A DNA stretch of 38,244 nt, taken from positions 1 through 38,244 of IMG/VR virus record IMGVR_UViG_3300017754_000607; one strand, given 5' to 3'. Each line of letters opens with the position of its first letter. The stretch's first letter is position 1. The translations under genes and the position numbers were made by a program. Positions 7,482-14,596 of the stretch are shown here, piece by piece. This DNA is from a virus (lineage: Duplodnaviria; Caudoviricetes). The notes under the pieces were generated by a model. That model did no database searches. It saw only the letters and a program-made list of their open reading frames with translations, and was not told where the DNA came from.

Positions 7482-7805
7482 GTGACGTTGAAATTTTTGC
7501 TCACGATGAACATGCCTTCCCATCGCGGAGGCCCCATTCACCAGATCACATGTGAGCATCCTGCCAAGAGCCTAGCGGAGTTCTGCACGGCTCTGGAGAA
7601 AAGCGAGTTCGTCCTTGTCGAAGAGTTCTATCGGAATACGGAAACGCCACTGGGCGCCGATCCCTACTACTCGGTCGGCTTCACCGCTCTCAACTATCGC
7701 GTCGTTGGCAAGATTAAAGAGCTGGGAACAATCACCACTGCCCATAAAGGGCGAATTAAAAATGGAGATGGATATGATCAGAACTTTCGTGAGATCAAGC
7801 CTTGA
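7482..7805 (+). CDS. Hypothetical protein
   Basis: 107-aa ORF with GGAG upstream. Confidence 0.7.
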   Translation: MTLKFLLTMNMPSHRGGPIHQITCEHPAKSLAEFCTALEKSEFVLVEEFYRNTETPLGADPYYSVGFTALNYRVVGKIKELGTITTAHKGRIKNGDGYDQNFREIKP

Positions 7806-8841
7806 TGCTGATCACAGATCGTCAGCGTACAAGATAACGTGCCGCCAGTGCGGCAAGTCAGACAGGATCGGCATCGGCTCCCATTCGGGATCTCTGCCGC
7901 CTGAAGTGTCGGCGAAGAAATTCAAGCAGCGCGGGTGGATTATTGGCAAAGGCGTCGGCGACGACATTTGCAGCATTTGCGCTGTATCGAACAAGATCAA
8001 GTTAAAGCCGCGTGAAATTACTGGGGAGCCAGTCACATTGAAATTGAAAGATCTCAGCAAGATCAGAGAGCTTCAGGGCCTTGCCGGTGGCGCTCCTCCC
8101 CCTCTGGCCCTTGCTGCGGGCACACCCCCAGTTCTGGCGTTAGAACCCCCCACCGCGCAGGAGACGCCCGTGGACAAGCTTCTCACCGTAAAAGAGGCCG
8201 TCGATGCAAATTTTGCGTCGATGTACCGCATTTATGAAAATATCCGCAATGGGCGCCTGAAGTGCATCAAGAATGAAGTGGGCGCCTTCGTCATTGCGGA
8301 GAGCGACCTCAAAAGCTTCTTCAGCAAGAAGCCCCCCGTGGCGCCCAAACCCGCCCCCACCCCTATAGTGAATGAACCGGCGCCCGTAGTGGCCGAGCCG
8401 AAGCCCTTATTGAATGATGGAGCCAGTGAAATGAATTTCGACCCGAAGATCCCGCAGGAAATGACGAAGGAAGATCGCCGCATCATTTTCGCCGAAATCG
8501 ACATGCACTACCTCGACGAGACGAGGGGCTACGAGGCGCAGTATGACGACAAGCGTGTCGCCGAAGGCTTGAAGGTTCCAGAGGCTTGGGTTCGCACCAT
8601 TCGCGAAGATAACTTTGGCCCTGAGCGTGGCGAGGCGATTAATGATGAGATCGCCAAGATGACGGCGGCCAAGGAGGAGATCGAGAAATCCATCACTGCC
8701 ATGCGCGACCTTTGGGAGGAAATCAACAAGACCCTTGACGCTTTCGTCGTCAGACACAACGACCTTTCGAACGAGGCCAAGAAGTCTCGCGAAGCAGCCA
8801 CGGCCTTGATGGCCAAGATCGACTTCATCACCCGCAAGTAG
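7762..8841 (+). CDS. Multidomain protein: Zn-ribbon, excisionase-like HTH and coiled-coil C-terminus
   Basis: CRQC...CSIC; LLTVKEAV...IYENIRNGRLKC; C-terminal heptads. Start may be 7762, 7768 or 7774. Confidence 0.65.
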   Translation: MEMDMIRTFVRSSLDADHRSSAYKITCRQCGKSDRIGIGSHSGSLPPEVSAKKFKQRGWIIGKGVGDDICSICAVSNKIKLKPREITGEPVTLKLKDLSKIRELQGLAGGAPPPLALAAGTPPVLALEPPTAQETPVDKLLTVKEAVDANFASMYRIYENIRNGRLKCIKNEVGAFVIAESDLKSFFSKKPPVAPKPAPTPIVNEPAPVVAEPKPLLNDGASEMNFDPKIPQEMTKEDRRIIFAEIDMHYLDETRGYEAQYDDKRVAEGLKVPEAWVRTIREDNFGPERGEAINDEIAKMTAAKEEIEKSITAMRDLWEEINKTLDAFVVRHNDLSNEAKKSREAATALMAKIDFITRK

Positions 8842-8851
8842 GAGAATTAAA

Positions 8852-9199
8852 ATGAACCACACTGAAATCCTGACCGAGTCCGTCCTCACCCTCCGCGACC
8901 GTGACACCCAGTATGGCAGCATGGAGGACACGATGATCCGCGCCTGTGAGATCTTTGAGATGATCACGGGAAAGGAGCTGTCACCCTACGAGGCCAACAT
9001 CTTCATGCACTCCCTGAAGCTGTCGCGCATCAGGAAGTCGCCCACGAAGCCTGACAATTATATCGACGGCGTCAACTACCTCGCCTTCGCTGGCGAGTTC
9101 GCGACCAAGGCTGATGCGGCTGATTTGGCCATCAGTAACGAAATCCTCAACTCTGGCATGCGCGACCTTGTCGATCAGCTCAACGGGAGCGGCGCCTGA
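8852..9199 (+). CDS. DUF6378-like phage protein
   Basis: RDTQYG...FMHSLKLSRI...DNYIDGVNYLA pattern; AGGAG RBS. Confidence 0.75.
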   Translation: MNHTEILTESVLTLRDRDTQYGSMEDTMIRACEIFEMITGKELSPYEANIFMHSLKLSRIRKSPTKPDNYIDGVNYLAFAGEFATKADAADLAISNEILNSGMRDLVDQLNGSGA

Positions 9200-9477
9200 T
9201 GGAGATGGAGTTGAACGACAAGCATCTGACCATGCTGCTTGTGGCGATTGGCCAGAAGCTCTCCAATTCCGAAGAGACGGCATATGGAGAGAGCCTTGCC
9301 TGTGTCGCCAGCTTCGCCATGAAGCTCATCACCACTGTCGTCGTCGGCCATGCCGACAGCCGCAAGGAGGCCCTTGAGGGCGTCCGCAGCGCCCTCGCAG
9401 ACTGCGAGATTATGGTCAACAAGGCCTATGACGTTTTTGATGTTCTCAAGGCCTCCAGCCAAGGAAAGGCCCACTAA
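9199..9477 (+). CDS. Hypothetical protein
   Basis: 92-aa ORF with TGATG/TAATG coupling. Confidence 0.75.
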   Translation: MEMELNDKHLTMLLVAIGQKLSNSEETAYGESLACVASFAMKLITTVVVGHADSRKEALEGVRSALADCEIMVNKAYDVFDVLKASSQGKAH

Positions 9478-9743
9478 TGACCAGCAAGAGCGACCTGACC
9501 CACGACGAGAAGCTCAGGGCGGCCTACGCCTACCTGATCAATGGCGTGGCCCAGCACCACATCGCCGCCCTCTACGGCGTCAATCAAGGGCGCGTCAGCG
9601 AGGCCGTGGCGCTTGTCGCCAAGGCCGTCAACTACCCCGGAAGAACGTGGTCGGCGAAGGACGTGTCGGACGAGTTCGGCATGCCGTACACCCCGGCGGA
9701 CATCAGCTTCTTCAAGAAGGGGGCCACCCCGGAAAGCAAGTAG
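9477..9743 (+). CDS. Small HTH DNA-binding protein
   Basis: GVAQHHIAALYGVNQGRVSEAV helix-turn-helix pattern. Confidence 0.7.
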   Translation: MTSKSDLTHDEKLRAAYAYLINGVAQHHIAALYGVNQGRVSEAVALVAKAVNYPGRTWSAKDVSDEFGMPYTPADISFFKKGATPESK

Positions 9744-9784
9744 TCCCAAATTGGTACAGCGTATGCGTGTCTGCGTTAATGAAA

Positions 9785-9820
9785 TGGCGACTTCTCTGCC
9801 CTAGAGTGGGGAAGTCGCCA
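9785..9820 (+). promoter_or_regulatory. Intergenic stem-loop upstream of 9829
   Basis: Perfect 10-bp stem TGGCGACTTC/GAAGTCGCCA. Confidence 0.45.
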
Positions 9821-9828
9821 ACATTGAT

Positions 9829-10092
9829 ATGGAGATGGAGATCGACATGGCCCGCATACAGGACAAATTGAGGAAGACCAACCTCTTCATCGACCCGGCC
9901 TATCCCGTCACCAAGCGGGTGCTGATCAACCCGGACGGCATCGAGGCCGCCGACCACATCGACAACCTCATCCAGAAACTGAGCCACATTGCTCACCTCG
10001 CCATCAATCACGTTGACGACGAAGAGGTGAAGAAGCAGATCTGGCAGGCTTACTATGAAGCAGTGGGAGTTAAATATGACATTAAATGCTGA
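9829..10092 (+). CDS. Hypothetical protein
   Basis: 87-aa ORF containing LINPDGIEAADHI. Confidence 0.7.
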   Translation: MEMEIDMARIQDKLRKTNLFIDPAYPVTKRVLINPDGIEAADHIDNLIQKLSHIAHLAINHVDDEEVKKQIWQAYYEAVGVKYDIKC

Positions 10093-10159
10093 GTTTCAGA
10101 TCGTGGGAGCCCTGATGCTCCTTGTGGCCGTCAACATCATCATCGCGTGGGGAGGATAG
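10076..10159 (+). CDS. Tiny hydrophobic peptide (27 aa)
   Basis: Read manually: GGGAG RBS, MTLNAEFQIVGALMLLVAVNIIIAWGG*; fills the gap to the next ATG. Confidence 0.5.
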   Translation: MTLNAEFQIVGALMLLVAVNIIIAWGG

Positions 10160-10160
10160 G

Positions 10161-10355
10161 ATGCGCTGGGTCAGTGAGAAACACAACTGGCATCGCTGGT
10201 TTGCTTGGTATCCTAAAACCATACGGAACCAAGAGACAGGCGAGGAAATCACCATCTGGTTGGAGCATATCGCCCGCAGGGAAATAATGGGCAACTATTG
10301 GCCATATTACATCTACAATCCGAACCCGGATTATCATCAGGGAGATGAAAAATGA
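10161..10355 (+). CDS. Hypothetical Trp-rich protein (WHRWFAWYP)
   Basis: GGAGG RBS before ATG 10161; ATGA overlap with the next gene. Confidence 0.7.
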   Translation: MRWVSEKHNWHRWFAWYPKTIRNQETGEEITIWLEHIARREIMGNYWPYYIYNPNPDYHQGDEK

Positions 10356-10600
10356 GGAAACCAGAACGCTTTGCAGGCGAAGACTATCAAGGCGAGCGCC
10401 GCAAGGGCACACGCTTTGGCACCCTGTGGGCCAACTATGAGACTGGCGAGGCTGACGTGACGCTGACGCTTGAGTTCTGCGACGAGGATTGGCTGATGCG
10501 GGCCGACCTCTTGCAGGACGTGATCGGCCTGCTCAACCGCGAGTATGAGAAGGCGCTTAAGGAGCTGGAGACCGAGTTTCCGGTGAAGCCGGATGCCTGA
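10352..10600 (+). CDS. Hypothetical protein
   Basis: 82-aa ORF in a coupled operon. Confidence 0.7.
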   Translation: MRKPERFAGEDYQGERRKGTRFGTLWANYETGEADVTLTLEFCDEDWLMRADLLQDVIGLLNREYEKALKELETEFPVKPDA

Positions 10601-10973
10601 TCTCGTTCAACAATTACGCGACCGGATTGCGGAACTGGAGGAGGAGATCCGGCAGATCCGCAACGACATGTTGCAGGACAGCAATGCCTTCACCCGCATC
10701 CTGTCGAAGCAGCAATCGGCATTGCTGGCGGCGATCTGTAAAAGACCCACCGCCAACTATGCCTATCTCGACAACATCACCGAGCATTTCGGCCTCTATA
10801 ATCGCTATGAGGGCGAGATGCACATTACGCTCAGGACGCGGGTCGCCGTGTGGAAGCTCCGCAAGAAGCTGAAGCAGTACGGCATCGAAGTCCAGATCCT
10901 GCGCGGCACCGGCTACTACATTGATGATGAGAACAGAGAGAAATTAAAGAAGCTGATGGAGACGAAGGAATGA
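10593..10973 (+). CDS. OmpR/PhoB-type winged-helix DNA-binding protein (CtrA-DBD-like) with an N-terminal coiled coil and no receiver domain
   Basis: LSKQQSALL...RVAVWKLRKKL...IEVQILRGTGYY matches the Trans_reg_C pattern. Confidence 0.75.
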   Translation: MPDLVQQLRDRIAELEEEIRQIRNDMLQDSNAFTRILSKQQSALLAAICKRPTANYAYLDNITEHFGLYNRYEGEMHITLRTRVAVWKLRKKLKQYGIEVQILRGTGYYIDDENREKLKKLMETKE

Positions 10974-11083
10974 TCGCAATCATTGAGATCCTGCTCGTGG
11001 TGCTGGCCTGCATGATACTGGCTGGCATCATCCTCTTCGTCGCTCGCATGATCGGAACCTTGTGGGGGAAGAAAGATGACTGA
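10970..11083 (+). CDS. Small single-pass membrane protein (37 aa)
   Basis: Read manually: MIAIIEILLVVLACMILAGIILFVARMIGTLWGKKDD*, overlapping both neighbours. Confidence 0.6.
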   Translation: MIAIIEILLVVLACMILAGIILFVARMIGTLWGKKDD

Positions 11084-11375
11084 TCTCATCATGCCGCGCC
11101 GTAAGTTCCTCACCGGCTTGCTGGGGCTTGTAGCAGCGCCTGCTATTGTCAAAGCTGCCAACATCATGCCGGTGAAGGTAATTACGCCGCAATGGTTTGC
11201 GAACGATGGGATTGGGTTAGTAAGCATGGCGCATCCCGTTCGCACAGGCGGCGGTATTCGACTTAGCGAGCTTCGCGAGCTTCTCAGACCCGGCATAGAA
11301 AAAATGATTGACGAGATGTACGCAGAACACCCCGGCCAATGGAAGTCGATATTCGCGGGAGAGACAGATGGTTGA
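11076..11375 (+). CDS. Twin-arginine (Tat) signal miniprotein whose mature part resembles major-capsid fragments
   Basis: PRRKFL plus a hydrophobic stretch; C-term similar to MCP residues 3-34 and about 139-153. Confidence 0.7.
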   Translation: MTDLIMPRRKFLTGLLGLVAAPAIVKAANIMPVKVITPQWFANDGIGLVSMAHPVRTGGGIRLSELRELLRPGIEKMIDEMYAEHPGQWKSIFAGETDG

Positions 11376-11616
11376 CCTTCAGGAAAGATCCATTGAGCTG
11401 TGGCAGGAGGCGTACTTCAAGCTGCACAAAGAAATGCGCGATCTTGAAGACAGAACCCTCACCCGCATCGTGATGCTCGAACAGGCCCTCGATGATGCCC
11501 TCGGGGAGTGGGAATACAACGCCACGACCTACAAGAGCGCGCCCCTCCTCAAGAAGCACGAGGATCTCGAACAGATCGCCCACTATCGCAAGTTGCTCGA
11601 CGACAGGCTAAAGTAG
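11368..11616 (+). CDS. Hypothetical protein
   Basis: MVDLQERS... after GGGAGAG; coiled-coil-like. Confidence 0.7.
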   Translation: MVDLQERSIELWQEAYFKLHKEMRDLEDRTLTRIVMLEQALDDALGEWEYNATTYKSAPLLKKHEDLEQIAHYRKLLDDRLK

Positions 11617-11675
11617 GCGTCCCGAAACCGCATGGCCGATGGAGAGAATGGTCCTGCCCGCGACAGGAGTTGTAA

Positions 11676-12245
11676 ATGAAGATCACCGCGCTGGCCCTTG
11701 TGGCCCTAAGTATGGCGTCACCCGCCCTTGCAGACGAGATGTCCGCAGCCGAGTTTTTCGCCAGAGACAAGGCCAACAACTGGACCGGCGAGCTGGTCTA
11801 CCCTTCAAACCCCTACGGGAAGCTGGTCAAGCTTTCCAAGGTGACGCCTGCAAAGCAGAAGGTGATCGACGACATCAAGCGTCACGTCACTGCGCAGCTA
11901 GGCTCCAAGTGGGTCGATACCGCCCTGCGGATCGCGAAGCTGGAGAGCGGTTTTTCTTGCCGGGCTAAGGGGCCGAAGACGCGCCACGGCAACGCCAAGG
12001 GTGTCTTTCAGCTCATCGACAGTTCTGCGCGCACTTTGGGGTTTGACCCGGCGCAGATGTACGATTGCAATCAGAACATCCTCGCGGGGATTGCCCACAT
12101 GAAGGCCTGCATTGAGCAGGGCGGTGTGCGTGAACCTCGCGAGATGGCGGCCTGTCATGTGGCGGGCTGGTCGAGATGGAACGTAAGGCTTGCTCGACGC
12201 CCTGAGCAGTACAAGCAGCATTACGTTTCATTAACAATTCGCTGA
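11676..12245 (+). CDS. Lytic transglycosylase (SLT-like) with a Sec signal peptide
   Basis: MKITALALVALSMASPALA signal; IAKLESGF (catalytic E), AKGVFQL and NILAG motifs. Confidence 0.8.
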   Translation: MKITALALVALSMASPALADEMSAAEFFARDKANNWTGELVYPSNPYGKLVKLSKVTPAKQKVIDDIKRHVTAQLGSKWVDTALRIAKLESGFSCRAKGPKTRHGNAKGVFQLIDSSARTLGFDPAQMYDCNQNILAGIAHMKACIEQGGVREPREMAACHVAGWSRWNVRLARRPEQYKQHYVSLTIR

Positions 12246-12253
12246 CAATTCAA

Positions 12254-12778
12254 ATGGAGAATGGAATGAGAACGCTTGAGGAACTTCACGCTCATTACAA
12301 GGCCGTCCGCGCCAGATTAGATGCTCCCATTAAGAAGGAACCCGCAGTGCGCCTCATCTATCCAGAGCCTGAAAAATACCCAGACCCTCTGGATCTCCCC
12401 GTCGCCCCGATCATCCCCGATGTCGTCGGGGATGTCGGGGAGCCCATTCAAGCCCCTACGGTGACCGCTGAGACGCCTGCTCGCAAGATCCTCATTGAGG
12501 TAGCCGCCAAGCACGGAATGCCTCCCACGGTCTTCCGTAGCAAGAGCAGGGATGCGGCCTATGTGCTGTGCCGTCAGGAGGCTGCGTATCGCCTCAAGTA
12601 TGAGTTGAAATTTTCGCTTTCGCAGATTGGGCACCTGATGGGCCACCGGGATCATACGACCGTCCTGCATGCGATCCGCCGCTACGAAAAAAATCTCGCC
12701 CTTGGCCAAGGGCCTTGGGCGAGCAAGTGCGTTTCGAACGCCTGTGTCACTCAGGTGGAACCCACAGGCGCGACATGA
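12254..12778 (+). CDS. DnaA C-terminal (domain IV) HTH protein
   Basis: VAAKHG...SKSR...RQEAAYRL...SLSQIGHLMGHRDHTTVLHAIRR is the DnaA signature; no AAA+ domain. Confidence 0.88.
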   Translation: MENGMRTLEELHAHYKAVRARLDAPIKKEPAVRLIYPEPEKYPDPLDLPVAPIIPDVVGDVGEPIQAPTVTAETPARKILIEVAAKHGMPPTVFRSKSRDAAYVLCRQEAAYRLKYELKFSLSQIGHLMGHRDHTTVLHAIRRYEKNLALGQGPWASKCVSNACVTQVEPTGAT

Positions 12779-13026
12779 TCATGGATGATCTCATCTCGTC
12801 ATGCAAGGAGGCCCTTCCCCCATTGGGGGAGGGTCAACTGATATCAGGGGTGACGATATTGGAGCTGCGGCTTTATTCCTGCCGATATGTGACTGGCGCC
12901 GATGATGATCTAGGCGCCATTTTTTGTGGGGTCACGACCTTCAAAGGCTCCTACTGCGAGGCCCATCACAAGATCTGCTACAAGGGCCTTCCCAGAAAGG
13001 CGAATGAAGAGATCAGGTCCAAGTAA
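12775..13026 (+). CDS. gcrA: GcrA-like protein (C-terminal Zn-binding part only)
   Basis: TILELRLYSCRY...FCG...SYCEAHHKICY matches the GcrA C-terminal pattern; ATGA overlap. Confidence 0.75.
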   Translation: MIMDDLISSCKEALPPLGEGQLISGVTILELRLYSCRYVTGADDDLGAIFCGVTTFKGSYCEAHHKICYKGLPRKANEEIRSK

Positions 13027-13669
13027 TTATTATTTTCCCCGCTGCACCAGCGCCGCCATTGCCGCCAAAGGTGGCCACACCCAATGCGCCCGCAGCGCCG
13101 ACAACGATTGTTTGCAAGGTTCCACCTGACGGCGCACCTGACGTTGATGGGGTGTAAAATGACTTCACATAGGCGCCAGAAGCGCCAGACCCGCCCCAGC
13201 CCCAATAGCCACTTCCATTGTCCTGATTTCCAGAGCCACCACCGGCTCCGGGGGCAGTTCCGTCCCCGCCGGGGGCATTAAATGAGGAGCCGCCACGCGC
13301 GCCACCAGTGCCGCCATAAGGGGCGTCCGCGCCTGCCGAGACGCCAGCGCCATTACTCCCGTTTATGTTGTACACGTTGCCGCCAGTCGCTGCGCCAGCG
13401 GTTCCGCCAACACCGATGGTTCTATAGCCAAGCCCTCCTTGGCCTCCCGTGCCGCCATTCGCGCTCAATGAGAATGCGGTCGTATCCCCGCCATTTCCCG
13501 CATACGCTCCGCTCGACTGCCCTGCACCACCACCGCCGCCGCCACCCCACATCTCAATCGTGATGGTGTTGTAGTTGGGAACAACGATCTGATAGGTGCC
13601 GGGAATATCGTAGGTGATGGTGCCGGGGCTGACCGCCTCGGTGATGAATGCGCTCATTCCCGGCAGCAT
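13013..13669 (-). CDS. Glycine-rich tail-fibre-associated protein
   Basis: IEMWGGGGGGG...PGAGGG...IVVGAAG...GKIIITW glycine-rich domain. Confidence 0.75.
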   Translation of the reverse strand: MLPGMSAFITEAVSPGTITYDIPGTYQIVVPNYNTITIEMWGGGGGGGAGQSSGAYAGNGGDTTAFSLSANGGTGGQGGLGYRTIGVGGTAGAATGGNVYNINGSNGAGVSAGADAPYGGTGGARGGSSFNAPGGDGTAPGAGGGSGNQDNGSGYWGWGGSGASGAYVKSFYTPSTSGAPSGGTLQTIVVGAAGALGVATFGGNGGAGAAGKIIITWT

Positions 13670-14586
13670 TACGCAACCCCACGGATGACGTTAACGAGGA
13701 TGAAGGAGGACGTGTAGACATAATAGAACAGCATGTTGACGCTGTTCGCTGTCGTCGAGATCGAGGGAGCGGCGCCGTTCGCAAACTTGTATGAACTCCC
13801 GAAAGCGAGCGTGTAGCCGCCAGTAGCGTTCTGGGTGACTATGAACACCCCGGACTGGCCGACCTTGGGATTGGTGGGATTGGCCAAGGTGCGACTGCCC
13901 GCAATCGTCACCTGAAAGTTGAACCCTGTCGCCATATCGACAGCAATGCTGGTGCCATCCGTCAAGCTCACGAAGGCTGCGGCGTCCCAAGGCACATTCG
14001 CATTGAGAAGTTCAGAGGCGGCCGCCGAACGGAACTGGGCGACCGTAGCGATTGATCCGGTATCGACCTTGGCATAGGTCACAGCGCCATCATTGATCTT
14101 GGCAGTTGTGACGGAGCTATCCTGAAGCATGGTCGTCGTGACGCTACTGGCGCCAAGGTTGGGCGCTACATAATTTACGTTGGTGCCGTCAGAGAAAATA
14201 AGCAGGCGGGTGCCCTGCGTCAGATTGATCGACGTGCCGCCACCAGACGCCTGAGCGAAGGTGATGGTAAAGGCGCCCGTTGTGTTGTTGTAGACGATCC
14301 AGTTCCCGCCAACGCCAGCCGGGATGGTGTAGGTTATATTTGCCGTCAGGGTCGCCTGACCCGTGATGCTGGTGCCGAAGACGATGATCAGCTTCTGATA
14401 CTCGCTCGCCGTCAGGGCAACAGTTCCCGACACCCCTGTCGGGTTCTTGACAGTAACACCACCGAAGGCGGCGTCGATGATGTCCCAGTCCGTATTGATC
14501 GGCCCTGACCAGCCCGTGGGGTTGGAGGCATAGTCGTTGTAAGCGGGCTTCTCGATGCTCTTGTTTGTCGTGTAGGTGCTGGTCAT
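13669..14586 (-). CDS. Tail fibre-like virion protein
   Basis: MTSTYTTNK...W...N..WD.ID anchor-like start, SVTTAKI.D repeats and a C-terminal beta domain. Start set at 14586. Confidence 0.7.
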   Translation of the reverse strand: MTSTYTTNKSIEKPAYNDYASNPTGWSGPINTDWDIIDAAFGGVTVKNPTGVSGTVALTASEYQKLIIVFGTSITGQATLTANITYTIPAGVGGNWIVYNNTTGAFTITFAQASGGGTSINLTQGTRLLIFSDGTNVNYVAPNLGASSVTTTMLQDSSVTTAKINDGAVTYAKVDTGSIATVAQFRSAAASELLNANVPWDAAAFVSLTDGTSIAVDMATGFNFQVTIAGSRTLANPTNPKVGQSGVFIVTQNATGGYTLAFGSSYKFANGAAPSISTTANSVNMLFYYVYTSSFILVNVIRGVA

Positions 14587-14596
14587 CGGGTGGCCC

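Noticed and set aside
9775-12245. CtrA boxes at the TTAA sites near 9777 and 12231
   Set aside because: Only half-sites; no TTAA-N7-TTAA match.
13013-13026. 14-bp convergent overlap of the early and late blocks as a regulatory device
   Set aside because: Short tail-to-tail overlaps are common in compact phage genomes, and there is no further signal.
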